Below are positions 1 through 12,944 of a stretch of DNA of 64,000 bases, piece after piece (position 1 is the first letter of the stretch; each line of letters opens with the position of its first letter). The DNA comes from Octopus vulgaris (taxonomy: Eukaryota), in contig OX597839.1 of assembly GCA_951406725.2 (NCBI GenBank), positions 36,828,001 to 36,892,000 on the forward strand, written 5' to 3'. Below the pieces are notes generated by a model, which had not been told where the DNA came from, did not search any database, and saw nothing but the letters and a program-made list of their open reading frames with translations. A program made the translations under genes and the position numbers.

Positions 1-121
1 CATTGAACCAATCAACCAAATCCCCTCCCTATCACAACTTCTAGCAAAAAACTGATGCTTTTTGTGAGAAGTTGTGACAGGGAAACGGACAAATTGACAC
101 TGTCCATTTCTCTATTTTTAG

Positions 122-199
122 GCTAATGCTATCGTTGATCAGATTGGTTTTCCTCCAAACATCTTAAATGACACCAAACTGGACAAGATTTATGAAAGG
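122..199 (+). CDS. ECE: M13 metallopeptidase (ECE-like), internal exon ANAIVDQIGFPPNILNDTKLDKIYER
   Basis: ttttag acceptor (AG 120-121), GT donor at 200; IGFP motif of M13 family; in phase with next exon. Upstream exons lie outside the window. Confidence 0.85.
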
Positions 200-297
200 G
201 TTAGTATATAACCTTTCTTTCACTGCTTCTTCGTATCGGTTTTGAATGCTTTCACTTGTTTAAACCCATCTCTGTTCTTTTTATTTTCAAACTGTAG

Positions 298-509
298 CTG
301 GAAATTAATGCATCAGAATATTTCTGGAACAACGTACGAGACAACAAATTTACCTTGATAACTATGATGGAAAAGTTAAGGCAACCACCCAAGAATACCT
401 GGGCAATGACACCACCAACTGTTAATGCCTATTACACTACATCAAAGAATGAAATTTTCTTTCCTGCAGGAATTCTACGAGCTCCATTTTATGATAAAAG
501 CTTCCCCAA
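298..509 (+). CDS. ECE: ECE-like exon LEINASEYFWNN...WAMTPPTVNAYYTTSKNEIFFPAGILRAPFYDKSFP(K)
   Basis: tgtag acceptor, gtaag donor at 510; VNAYY substrate-binding motif and FPAGIL motif of neprilysin/ECE. Confidence 0.95.
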
Positions 510-838
510 GTAAGGATTGTTTTATAAGAAACCTATCTGTGAAGAACAGGTGTTGGTGGAATGTGGTCTGCTTGCAGTGTAGGGAAGGAAGTGGGTGTAT
601 GTTTGTGTAGTGAGAATGGGGAGACAATGTGATGGCAAGAATATTGTAGTGTGGTTGTGCTTGATGGATTTCTTGATTTAATCAGAAGATGGAAGGTAGT
701 GCCCACAACCTTTATCAAGTCCCCTAATACAATAAAGTGAACTCTGTTAAACATACCCAAGAGTGAAGTGATAATATTAAACTGGGCAACAGATAAAATT
801 TGCCTCATCAGAATAGGAAGTCTCTCTGTGTCACCCTA

Positions 839-974
839 TTTCCATTCATCAAATTTCACTTTGGTCAACCTCAGGCTATAGTAGAAAACATTTCTTCATG
901 GTGTTGTGCAGTGGGATTGAACCTGAAACCGTGTAGTTAAGAAGCAAACTTAACCACACAATCATGCCTGCACC
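839..974 (-). mobile_element. Degenerate 5' part of a tRNA-derived CORE-like SINE
   Basis: Diverged match to the head of the intact copy at 39948-40335 (gcagtgggattgaacc B-box, aaccacaca). Confidence 0.6.
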
Positions 975-2981
975 TATAAACTAGATAAAGAAGACTTACA
1001 TGTCTTACTCTGAGGATTTGAACTTATGATCGCACAATCAGTAGTCCATTACCATAACTACACAAATATATATCAAACTCCATAGAAGGGATGTTTATTG
1101 ACAAGTTATTTAAAAGTATATGTCCTAAGAAACTTAACAAAATAGAAACATCAATTGAGGCATCCACTGTCTGATATACAAGATAGAATATATGAAGGGG
1201 AACTCCGAAATATAGAACAAACTGACAAAATTTACAGTGTCAGTCGTTCAATTTTAAAATATAAACCTCATTAAAAACTACAATAGTAAAATTTTGCTAT
1301 GAAAGAATGATCTAGTAATAAGCATAAAGGTTAAAAAAGAACTTAAAAAACCCCAGCAATATTCCTCATAAGTAGAGCCAAGTCTATTTATAAATTCTAA
1401 ACAGCATAATTAAAAAGTAACTGTAATGTAATCAGAAGATGAGTATGGTGATTAATAGAACTATTTTTATTATTTTTTTAACCAATTACTAGTTTTGATT
1501 TATTTCAACTACTTTCTGAAACAACAAGTCCATTATTATAAACTACAATTGTATAATACTATTTTAAAGCAATTAATTAAAACACATTATCTAACAGGGG
1601 AACCTTTATGTTTACTTGTACTTGCATTTATGTCTTCGTGACTAACAATTTTCAAGGGAGGCTATTGACTACAGATTTACCTCCCCTGAAAGAATCGTCT
1701 TTTGAAAATAGCTCATTTTGCTTAAAAGAAAAAAGAAAAAAAAGAGAGATAAATTAGTCCAAGATATGTCTGAAGAAAACGTAAGATGCTTACGGATAGA
1801 ACATCTTCAAAGATGAGTCTACTGGATAAGAGGTAACAAAGTTAATAAATAGTTACGTAAAATTTAAATTAGACAGAATATCTCGTTGCTTACCTGGTCC
1901 TACTAGTCCTAATAAATAGGACATCAGGTTCCTTAAATGATGTAGTGGTCAGCATCAGTAACTGTCAAGTTTGACACTCACAACCATTGTCGATTCAAAG
2001 TGTTGTTGTTTCTGATGAGATTTGGCTATTTCATTTTAATTTTTTAATCAAATAGCAGAGGAAGATAAACTAGCGACGATGTTGCCAGTTCCATTAACAG
2101 GGACATTAAAATAAGTTCTGGAATTTCATTCTCTTTTATTCTTGACTCTCTCCAGTATGGTTAACAAATAAATAAATAACAAGTAGGTCTTACCTTTATC
2201 AAGAACAGTTGATCCTCACTCATCCTTATCAGGAACTGTTAAATCACATCAATCTGTTCCATGAACAGTAAAGCTACCATATTAATAGATATAGCATAGT
2301 ATACTCACCATGTTGGTTCCAACATTTGTCATTCTCTCTGTAGAAAACATAAATGAAGAAACCACAATAATATTATGACTACAATTAAAAAAATTAAAAG
2401 AACCTTTTTTTTTAACGACTTACCAAGTGCAAGCAGAGTAGGGAAGAGCCTATTCCTTTTACAGGGCTTCTGTGGTTGGTGAAAGGAAGACACCCTCAAA
2501 CCAGAAACCTCTTCTGAAAGCTGACAACAGAGAAAACTCCAATAAAGGCCAGAAGGTGGTGGTTTTACCATGAATAATAATGGGATTATGTCTGCCATGC
2601 AAATGAATGAAATTAACAGGTGTTATTGACACCAGAAAATAAAAATTCAAATACTATTGGGGGTCTACTTTAGAGGGTGTGTGTGTTAGAAATAATAATA
2701 ATTATTATTGTAGTGTAAAAAATCTCTTACTTTGAGCTTGCAAACAATTCCAAAAAGGAACTCTTCAACTATTGATTGAAACTTGTTGTGCAAGCCTGAG
2801 GCACTCTCTACCCCATCTGCTGGCTGGTAGATAAACCCCTTTTGCACATGTTTGTTCTCAGCCACTGCCCGGGCAAGAAGAGGTTGCTCACAACACTCAC
2901 TTCATTATCTGCCATCACTTCATGCTTCACTTCTGGTGCATCATGCACTCTGCCACTATTATTAATATTAAATTACTTTAA

Positions 2982-3150
2982 GATGGCAAGCTGGCAGAAT
3001 CATTAGCATGCTGGGCAAAACGCTTTGCAGCATTTAATCCATCTTTAGCTTCTGAGTTCAAGTTTGCCTTTCATCCTTTTGGGCTCAATAAAATAAGTAC
3101 TATTTGAGCACTGAGGTTGATGTAACCTACTTGCCCCATATCATGAAATT
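2982..3150 (+). mobile_element. tRNA-derived SINE with Deu/Nin-like central domain
   Basis: tggcaagctggcagaatcattagc head, gagttcaa B-box, tttgcctttcatcctttt core; homologous to 53068-53281. Confidence 0.7.
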
Positions 3151-3227
3151 GCTGAATATACCTGCATATTTTTTCTTCCTTGAAAAAGATTTGGTTGAAT
3201 TTAAAAAATTTTTTACTCTATGTTTAG

Positions 3228-3295
3228 GTCTTTGAACTTTGGTGCCATGGGTGTGGTGATTGGACATGAGCTGACTCATGGCTTTGATGACCAAG
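3228..3295 (+). CDS. ECE: ECE-like exon with zinc-binding HExxH: [22 protein letters not shown](G)
   Basis: tttag/gtaag splice sites; phase 2 join completes Lys codon; [11 protein letters not shown] is the M13 active-site motif. Confidence 0.97.
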
Positions 3296-3717
3296 GTAAG
3301 ATTTTCAGTACACATCATCTGCTGACCTTACACTTCTATTATCAATATTTAAAATTTCATAGATTTTTATCACCTAAATCTTCCCTCTCACTGGCCCAAC
3401 CACCATAACCCACACTATTACCACCACCACGGCCCATATGTCCACCTCTACCAATCCCCCAACCACTGCAGCCAAATGTCCACCCATTGCCAACCACCCA
3501 ACTGTTGTGGCCAATGCATCCACCCCCACTAGCCACACACCCAACTGTTATGGCTCACATATCCAACCCCCACCCTGCAATTATTAATAAGAGGAGTTGA
3601 AATTAGTGCATACAAAATTTTAGGGCTCTAGCACCACTTCTTTGTAGTCAACCTATGGACTTTTCAGCTCACCTGTGTGTCTATGTGTATATATATATAT
3701 TGTTTCTCTAACTTCAG

Positions 3718-3842
3718 GTCGTGAGTACGATAAATATGGTAACCTCCGTCCCTGGTGGAATAATGCTTCCATTGCCAGGTTCCAGAAACAAACAGAATGT
3801 ATGGTGAAACAGTATAGTTCCTATAAGATCAATGGAGAACCA
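3718..3842 (+). CDS. ECE: ECE-like exon [42 protein letters not shown]
   Basis: ttcag/gtaagt splice sites; GREYDKxGNLRPWW is typical of ECE-type M13 enzymes. Confidence 0.96.
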
Positions 3843-4686
3843 GTAAGTATTTGAGGGGTAACAGCAAGGGGGTGTCAAAACAATTTTACCTATTTGAGCA
3901 TCAAAGGTTTCCTAACCACATGACTATTGTATATCGAGGATTACAATATTCAATCTGTCCCTTTTTTCCCAAGTTAGTGGGGTGTGATTTCAAGGAATAT
4001 AACTGCTAAATATAGCAGTCAAGTTTCAAAATCATTATAGCATTGTACAAAATGCCTTGCACAATTTAGTTACAGATCTTTTTGTTCTGTGTTCAAAAAC
4101 CAACTGAGGTTGACTTTGCTTTTCATTCCTCTGGGATCAAAACCTCAAAAGTTTAAGTTTTGTGGACAGTTTATATTCCAATGATACATCCTGAATGTGA
4201 TTAGAGTTATAACAGAACGTGTGTGGGTGTGTGTGTGTGTGAGAGAGAGAGAGAGAATCATAGCAGAGACACATTTTACCAAAATGAAAACATCTAAATT
4301 TGCAGACCTGTCTAACACTATATTGTCAGAATGTGGGGAAAAAACTGAAAATCAATATTTTCTGATAATTTTGTTACATTTTAATGTAATCAATTAAATT
4401 TATTGAGTTATGTGATGGATCAATGAAGCAATTGTTGAATCAATATTTAAACAGAAACCATACAGAGCAGACTTTGATTTCAGAATCTACAGCAATGAGA
4501 CTAAATACTTGTTATGTCCATAACACTTTACACTGATTCCAACTGCAAAATAACCATTCATACAACATCACAACCATTGCAACACCAACACTCACCTCCT
4601 GAAATAATAATGATTTCTAATTTCACTTTTAATTTATTCAAATATTAGTGGAATTGAATTATTGTCCAATAATTTCTTTCTTCTAG

Positions 4687-4752
4687 ATCAATGGTAAAAC
4701 AACTTTAGGTGAAAATATCGCCGACAATGGTGGATTGAAATCTGCATATCAT
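4687..4752 (+). CDS. ECE: ECE-like exon INGKTTLGENIADNGGLKSAYH (third zinc ligand, ExxxD)
   Basis: ttctag/gtaagt splice sites; GENIADNGG motif. Confidence 0.97.
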
Positions 4753-6447
4753 GTAAGTATTTCATAGCTGACCACAACAATGTGTGTCTATAGTAAGACA
4801 ACCGAACAGATAGACAGCTAGCTAGCTAAGTTATCATTAACACATCAAATACATAAAACTGTTACAAGTAATACATAAAAATGCTAACCCATGCCAGCAT
4901 GGAAAGCGGCCGTTAAATGATGATGAAGTAATATCTGGAAGTATTAAGCTCTTTAATATATGGGAAATTAAATAGCTAAATAGAAAAATAATCATGGTGC
5001 AAGAAACAGAGAGCTAGTTAATGTTGAAATTAAATACAAGGAGTATTAAATATTTAACATGTGGTGAGATATATAGCTAGCTGTATAGTAATGCATGGTT
5101 ATGTTAGAGCTAATATTCTTTTTAATAGCTTTTTAATAGCTAATTAGCAACAAAAAATAAATAAATAAATTACATATGAAATACTGGCTGGAGTGTTTAA
5201 AATAATTTTCCTGAAAGTCATTTCAGTTTTACAGAGACTGATTAAAAAATATATTTTGAAAAATTGAAATTTAAAAATACTTTTTTCACTATGTTGATTA
5301 AATGTAAATCTACATCAACAAAGGTTCAAAGGCCACTTTTGAATTTGCTTTTTGTTTTTCATTACAGTGTGTGGACTTTTACAATATTCTTTAGACAGCA
5401 ATTATAATAAATCTTATTAATTGTTGCTTTTTCTACAATAGTCATTTACATAATATACACACGAGCAATATTTTGCTGTAATTTTTAGAGTCCATATGTG
5501 GTGTATTATATCCAAATAAATATGGTAACTTTTCAATCACTTCCTCTCTACAGGAATCTTCCCTGATCTTTAGAAATACATCATAGTTTATCTCATTCCC
5601 AAGAGAGGCAACTTCTCTGATTCTGCCATTTCTTGCCCTAATGCACTTAGTTGTAACAACTACCAGTTAATGGAGATAGCCATTAACACTGACACACTCC
5701 ATCCACTACCTTGAATCTATCTCTCTCTCCTGAATCATCATCTGTACAGTCTCCATAAAGCCTGATCTATTGATAACCTACTCTCCTATATCAACTACCA
5801 ATGGGCTTTCATCTCATAAAAATTTGGTGAAAGTAATGTTGTCACCTTTAACATCAGTAAAGTTTTAAACTGTCTGGCATTTGAATCTCCTGTCAAAGCT
5901 GTCTGCCTGTGGGCTCCACCCGTTTCTTTATCTCTTGGATTAATAGTTTCCTATCAAATTGCACTGTTGTTCTGTGTGTGTAGACAGCATTTTCTCCAAC
6001 ACACTAACACTTCTGCTCTATCTTAATAATAACAATGAGCTTCTTGTATATAGTGCTCAAATGCACTATAACTTGTGAGAAAACTGTACAAGAGGGGATA
6101 AATCAGAAATAAGTCAAGTAAAAGAAAGACAGCAATGGTTAATCAAAAGTATATACATAGTTTACAGGTTAAAACATAAAAGACATAAAAGTAAAAGAGC
6201 TATGAAGAAGAAAAAGTTCATTGGCTCCCGTTCAGGAGTGGTGTTGGTGAATTTCAGGAAGGATCTATCAACTTATTTAATCACTACTGTGACACTACTA
6301 TCTTCTACTTCTCTTTAACAAATTCAAAAATGTTTACCTAAGTAAGCCTAAGTCTGTTTCTTGGTCCTACACACCAACATACACCTCTCTTCCCCATAGA
6401 CATCCTGCAATATAGTCTTATCAATTCTTCACTGTATCTCATTGTAG

Positions 6448-6543
6448 GCGTACGAAGACTGGGTGAAGACACACAAGACTGAGTTACCTCTACCAGCACT
6501 TGGACTCACTCATAAGCAGCTATTTTTCTTGGGGTTTGCTCAG
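6448..6543 (+). CDS. ECE: ECE-like exon [32 protein letters not shown]
   Basis: tgtag/gtaagt splice sites; [16 protein letters not shown] motif. Confidence 0.95.
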
Positions 6544-8119
6544 GTAAGTAGTAGTTGTTTACTTCCAGGTCAGTTCTGATCCAACAGGCATTTCATCAAA
6601 GGTGTTCCAGTAAGCCCATCTTATCTATTATATAGACATAGCTTTATATAAGAGTACATAATTTAATTTGCCTTTTAGGTCAGCGAGATGTAATTTGAAA
6701 AAGATTTGTCTGTTATTCCTAGCAGGTCAATCCACCATATAGTGGGGGCTCCGTTTTGACTGATTGTACAGCTCTGTATTTAGATTTGGTGTTTAAGTAC
6801 CTCAGGATAGTTTTTAACTTCAAGTGCCTACTATCTGTAGTATAAATTTTATTTATTTAACCCCATGACAATGGTTTTTTCATTAAGCAACTAGATTGCA
6901 CAGATGGTAATCATCTTGGCTGAGATCAGCAATTAGCGCACAACATCGGTTCAGCGCATATTTACATCAACTGCTTTAAAGCATGCACTGTTTGTGTAAA
7001 ATGTCACCACTGCGAGGGTCATAAATTCAACAAAACTGATGTAGCTGGATGCAACTGTAAATTCCGTGAAGGACCAGAAGAATTTGCTGTGCATGTACAA
7101 ATTTGATAGGAAGTCATAGTGGAAATGATGGTGTAACCGTCAAAACTGCTGCTTTCATACTATTATGGTGGTGAAGTCTCGAACTAAGTTAGACATATTT
7201 AAATGAAGAGTCTAACCAACATATGAGATTCCTTGAAATTTGCACTGTAGCCTCTATTATCGATTCCATGAGTGATAGCGGATATTTATATCAAATGGAA
7301 CACAAACAGGTACAAAACCACAACAGACAGGGCTACATATATTTTCGTCATCTGATTCAAAGTGAGTACACAATGCACAAACTTAAGACGACACAACATA
7401 CAGCTAAAATGAAAAGTTATTTCATTGGCAAATGCTGAATTAAAGTATAACTACTGCAAATTAGTTAAAGAAAGGTTCTGTTAAAATAAAATAAATACAT
7501 AAAAACTTATACATGCATACATAAATAAATAAATACATATATAAATATCCAGATATATATACATGCATATGTTTAAATACATATATGAATATACATACAT
7601 ATGCATACATGCATATATATATATACACACATTCATGCATATACACACACATGTATATAAATACATATATATATACACACATTTATGATAAGTTTCTTTG
7701 GGTTCAAAGATCATGAGCAAGAGTAGCATGCCCTTATGTGGTGCAGTGCTTTTCTTCTTGCCTACATTAATAGTTTTAAAGTGAAAGTCATTCCTCACAA
7801 TCTGATCCCATTCTTTAGACTTGGAGATCCAACTATAGTGGCTCAGCAGGCTAAGACAGCTGCATTGACCAACAAGCTGTAGGTTTTACATTGGAGTGGC
7901 TGTCTTCTAGGTGAACTACTTTACAGGGAAGGGGAGGTTCACCCATCCTAGAGTTGCCAGAAGGGTATCAAAGGGGGAACTGAACCCATCTGAAGGGCTC
8001 CACTCCTCGATTTGCAGGTAAGGTTGGCAGCCCTAACTTTTCCTTTCCCAAAGCATTCACTGAGCAATGAAAGTTTGTGTCTGGATTTTCTTCCATAACA
8101 TACTCATTTACTCATAGTT

Positions 8120-8262
8120 GAGACCCTGACATGCTACTATGCTGGGTCAGAGTAGACCGGGGAACAATAGTGGCTAAGAGGTGGTTCCACACTCCTCAAA
8201 ACCCTGGAATTCCCTAACCAGGGCCCCACTACCGGATGCAGTTTAAAGTCATGCCCAGGAAA
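8120..8262 (-). mobile_element. Repeat fragment resembling an RTE-related 5' region or SINE body
   Basis: GC-richer block (gggtcagagtagaccgggga...ggatgcagtttaaagtcatgcccagga) recalled as an RTE-associated invertebrate repeat; not verified. Confidence 0.35.
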
Positions 8263-8452
8263 CATACATATATACATACATAAATATAAATACATATACA
8301 TAAAAAAAAACACAAGCTCCTAGTATTTAGGTTGAATTTCCATTGTTCAATGCATAGTCTAGCTCCTTTCATTATTTCTAATTGGTTAAATCTAAAAAGA
8401 AATGAAAATTGAACTATCGGCAGTTAAAGTGTGTTTTTTGGGACATCTTGTA

Positions 8453-8785
8453 TGTGAAGATGCATGGCTTAGTGGTTAGAGTGTCGGACTCACAATCATG
8501 AGGTAGTGTGTTCAATTCCCAGACTGGGCTATGTGTGGTGTTCTTGAGCAAGACACTTTATTCCACATTGCTCCAGTTCACTCAACTGTAGAAATGAGTT
8601 GCAACATCACAGGTGCCAAGCTGTATCTGCCTTTGCCTTTCCTTTGGATAATGTCAGTGCTGTGGAGAGGGGAGGCTGATATGCATGATGCATGGGTAAC
8701 TGCTGGTCTTCTATAAACAACCTTGCCTGGACTTCTGCCTCAGAGGGGAACTTTCTTGGTCATTTACAGCTGAAGTGGGTCTTTA
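8453..8785 (+). mobile_element. tRNA-derived SINE (V/Meta-like core)
   Basis: A-box tggcttagtggttag, B-box gttcaattccc, core gtgttcttgagcaagacactttattccacattgctccagttcactc. Confidence 0.75.
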
Positions 8786-8890
8786 CATATATGCCATTAT
8801 CATTATAATTTTAATATCCACATTACCATTCTTGCCAGCAAGGAAAGGGGGACTTTAAATGACAATGATACAGTGTTTCTAGGACTACAA

Positions 8891-9030
8891 TATGAGGGGG
8901 TACCCTAAAGAAACCGGAATTTTGCAATATTTTATTCATTTAGTTTTATATGTTTATACTTTTATAGCTTTCAAAGTATTCTCCATTTGAAGCAATGCAT
9001 TGGTCCAGATGTGTTTTCTACTTTTTCCAG
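8891..9030 (-). mobile_element. Mariner transposon 3' remnant with one TIR
   Basis: Minus strand reads ...DQCIASNGEYFE, the typical mariner transposase C-terminus (KCxxxxGxYFE); end tatgagggg resembles a TACGAGGG mariner TIR. Confidence 0.65.
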
Positions 9031-9763
9031 TTACTTTTCTGTTGTTTTTAAGCCCTAATCCAACACACCTTTGATTAAATGTATTCCAGCCATGACCATC
9101 AGATATAGTGTATCCAGGGCTACATTAGATACTGTCTCTTTCCTGTTTCTCTAAAGCTGAAATTTTAAAGTGATTTGACTGGTGTTTCTCACATGTCAAG
9201 TGAATTACTAGACTATCTTATTAAGCTTATCTCCTCTAGTCAGATAAATACAAGATGGTACTCCATACAACATTAAATGACTAGTGGCGAATAAAATGGT
9301 AAAGAAAACAACTCAATCTCAACATAGTCACACAGAGGCACAATGGTTGATGCTAGATGGGGAAGCTGTGTAGAAAATGTCTTACAAAATCCCAAGAGAG
9401 AATATTTAAAATTTTTAATTCTATATTTAACAGAGGCTAAATCAAAATGCAGAAATCTGCATACACCAAGTTTACAAAATAGTGTTTGTGTATGCAAATA
9501 AGTTTGTATGCGTAAATTTGTATGTAAGAATATTTAAGTGTATGGTGTAAGTGTATCTATGTATGTAAACAGATCAAATTTACAGTTTTTAAAATATATA
9601 AGGTTAAATGTCAATGTCTTAACCAGCTATTTTTGTAAATCTGGCATCTGGTTATATTACTACAACCATCAACATTATGACTATATTGCCATCAATAATA
9701 CAACTACCACCACCACACTATATAAACCTTCCTGACATTCTCCAATATTTTCTCTCCATCCAG

Positions 9764-9840
9764 GTTTGGTGTTCCAGCACTACGAAGGAGACCTTGCATA
9801 TGCGTCTTCTGAATGACCCTCATAGTCCAGATGAATATCG
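9764..9840 (+). CDS. ECE: ECE-like exon VWCSSTTKETLHMRLLNDPHSPDEY(R)
   Basis: polypyrimidine-cag acceptor, gtaagt donor; VWC and DPHSP (transition-state His) motifs. Confidence 0.95.
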
Positions 9841-10093
9841 GTAAGTCTGCCTTCGCTGACTATGGTAGAAAAACTCTAGGAACATCTCATCATAATACTT
9901 GTAACATAATCATTTTTATCTTAACTACAGCATTTATGTGGGTTACAATTCTCTAAATATGCCTAGGGAATGTTACAAATATAACTGTCAAAGTTGACCT
10001 AATTATCCTTATCTTAAAACATTAGGCATCTTGGTCAGCAACTCTAGCTTCAGTTACAAAGGAGATGTAGATACCATTTAAGGGAGTGTGAAA

Positions 10094-10900
10094 TCATCAT
10101 CATCATCATTTAACGTCTGCTTTCCATGCTAGCATCGGTTGGACGATTTGACTGAGGTCTGGCGAACCAGATGGCTGCACATGACTCCAATCTGATCTAG
10201 CAGAGTTTCTACAGCTGGATGCCCTTCCTAATGCCAACCACTCCGAGAGTATAGTGGGTACTTTTATGTGCCACTGGCATGAGGCCCAGTCAGCCGGTAC
10301 TGGCAATGGCCACGCTCAAATAGTGCTTTTTATATGCCAGCGGCACTGGCAACGACCTCACTCGAATGTTTTTTTCACACACTCAAATGGAGTTTTTAAC
10401 GTGCCATTGGCACGGAAGCCAGCTTGTTGCTCTGGCAATGATCTCACTCGTATGGTACTCTTAGTGCTCCACTAGCACGGATGCCAGTCATCGAATTTGA
10501 TTTCGATTTCACTTGCCTCAACAGTTCTTCGCAAGCAGAATTTCGTGTCCAAGGAAGGAAAGGCATGCATAAGTGGACTGGTTACACCACTGGCATAGGC
10601 CACAAGGTTATGGTCTCACTTGTGCTTGCCGAGTCTTCTCAAGCACAGCATATTTCCAGAGGTCCTGGTCACTAGTCATTGCCTTGGCGAGGCCCAATGT
10701 TCAAAGGTCATGCTTCACCATCTCATCCCAGGTCTTCCTGGGTCTACCTCTTCCACAGGTTCCCTCAACTGCTAGGGTGTGGCACTTTTTCACACAGTTA
10801 TCCACATCCATTCTCGCCACATGTCCATACCAGTGCAGTCGTCTCTCTTGCACACCACATCTGATGCTTCTTAGGTCCAACCTTTCTCTCAAGGCACTAA
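10094..10900 (-). mobile_element. 5'-truncated RTE-clade LINE: ORF C-terminus, ~550 nt 3'UTR and (TGA)n tail
   Basis: ORF 10701-10982 contains RRLHWYGHVARM...GRGRPRKTW, the RTE C-terminal signature; UTR has ~60 bp internal repeats; tail reads catcatcat on +. Confidence 0.9.
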
Positions 10901-10961
10901 CACTGTCGAGTATAAGAAATGAGAAGTTGTAGCATGCAAGCATTTCCAAAAGGTTACAAGA

Positions 10962-11143
10962 ACTGATGCCACAAAAATGCATTCAGTACACTTTGTAAAG
11001 TGGTTGGCATTAGGAAGGGTATCTAGCCACTGAAAGCATGCCCAAATAGATACTGGAGCATGACACAGTTCTTGGACTTCTCAGATCCTATCAACCAACC
11101 CTTGTCAGCATAGAAACCAAGCTTTAAATGATGACAGTGATGA
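10962..11143 (+). mobile_element. Older RTE-type 3' tail fragment
   Basis: gtggttggcattaggaagggtatctagc ... ttaaatgatgac, homologous to the RTE 3' end. Confidence 0.7.
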
Positions 11144-11238
11144 GAACACAAGGTCTACTTTCATTCACCCACTTGTAATTATATGCACATTTAAATTTTA
11201 TTGATCTGTAAATGTTGTTTGTCTGCTATGTTTTGCAG

Positions 11239-11338
11239 AGTGATTGCTACTCTATCTAACTCGAAGGATTTTGCTGAACAATACAAGTGTCCTCTTGATA
11301 GTCGGATGAATCCAAAAGAGAAATGTGAAGTTTGGTGA
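11239..11338 (+). CDS. ECE: ECE-like terminal exon (R)[32 protein letters not shown]
   Basis: ttttgcag acceptor; MNP..KCEVW-stop is the canonical M13 C-terminus; TGA at 11336-11338. Confidence 0.96.
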
Positions 11339-11649
11339 GACAAAGATAAATCAAACCTGCAAGAAAATCTGCTGCTGTAATTGCTAGGATATAATCCCCT
11401 CATCTCTTGCATCATCAGATCCCCATTTTTTTTACTCCACTCAGTAATGAAGACTTCACACTAAGTACCTCCTGTTGCTACAGTAGAATCCTGCTCTAAC
11501 CACTCTACCTAAACAAAAGTCAATGTCCAATTTAGACCATACTTACAATATTTCTTCCTTAAGCAGCACATATTTGGTGACCCCTTTGGTTTATTTTTGT
11601 TTGTTAACCGATATCATTTTTACAACACAAAGTTAAACTATTTGCTGTT

Positions 11650-11778
11650 AAAAAAAAATTTAATACACCCCCCCATCTCTCACCCAAAAAAAATTTAATA
11701 CACCCCCCACCCATCTCCCACAAAAAAAAATTTAATACACCCCCCCATAAAATTTAATACACCCCCCATCTCCCACCT
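11650..11778. repeat. Four-copy minisatellite (AAAATTTAATACACCCCCC...) in the putative ECE 3'UTR
   Basis: Four direct copies visible, units of about 20-40 bp. Confidence 0.85.
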
Positions 11779-12944
11779 TCTCTGAATCATTGATGCAGAT
11801 CGTTTCCTCATCACTTAGATGCACTCCTTGTTTGCTTCTGTCATATCATTAACCCAAACCCTGTCACCCATCCACATTCGGTTATTCCCTTTGTAACAAA
11901 AATCATTGCTTCAAGAATTATAGCCAGACAAATGTAGTCAACTTATTACTTTTCACACAGTCGCCAACACGTCTGTGGTCACATGCCTTCAAAGAAATGG
12001 AAATTTTGGAATCTTTATTTATAAATATTTCATTAATATTCTCTTTAAATTTTTAATCACAGATTTTCTTTATAAAAATAGTTTTATCGGTGTAAAACAG
12101 GAAATTATTAGTAATTTGTTGCCATAGTTACATATATGTATAGAGAGAAATATGAAAAAAAAATCGACAAACTGCTTCATTTTTTGGTCAAGTTACAGAA
12201 ATTTCTTATTTATCTGTTGATTAACTACATTTGCTGCTTTGAAAAATAACTGTTTGGTAAACTGTCCCCAGATGGAAGCTTTGGTAGTTCTTTCAATCTC
12301 TAATCTAGACCCCTCTTATTCCCTCTCTAACTGCATTAACTGACCAAATGCTTGGTTATTAGCAGTCATATCACAGTTCCAGTAACTAAATTTTACATTC
12401 AGCTACATTGGTACTGTTAAACATGGAAATGGACAAGAAAAAGCAAAATGAGATGGTAAAATTTGACTGGATTTTAATGTTTGGTAAGATTCCCTGCCCA
12501 TAACTAACACCCACCTCTAGAGGTATGGTACACCAATCTGAACTAGGAGAGTTACAGTAACCTAAGGTTACTCCCAATGAAATATATCTGTATCTCATCA
12601 AATATTTCTTAATTTGTGTATATATGTTGATGTGTGTGTGTGTGTGTGTGTGTGAGATAAACAGAGATTACATATCTGAACTGTGGTTCCATATGATCTG
12701 CAACCCTTCATTGACCAACTGTACATGTTTAGCAGGTTGGAAAGGAAAAGTCGTTGTGATGTATTTGGCATGGATTATCAACTGGTGTGTATTGTGGGGG
12801 GGGGGGGGAGGGGAGTTGGGATATGTAATTCTTATGATCTGAAATAATTAACATATATCCAACTCTAAAGACTCTCAACATTGAGTTGAAGACTGTACCA
12901 CAAAATGTACAAAAAATTAGTGTGTGATACATGTATATTTGTTT

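Noticed and set aside
2011-2030. CTGATGAG hammerhead core-like word
   Set aside because: No stem II or GAAA partner follows.
5760-6000. Possible CR1/L2 RT remnant (FGESNVVTFNISK...LLSKLSACG)
   Set aside because: Short and frameshifted; plausible but not strong enough to list as a feature.
8455-8530. tRNA gene-like sequences (also 45255-45328 and 40265-40335)
   Set aside because: A and B boxes are present, but there is no complete cloverleaf and each runs into a SINE body.
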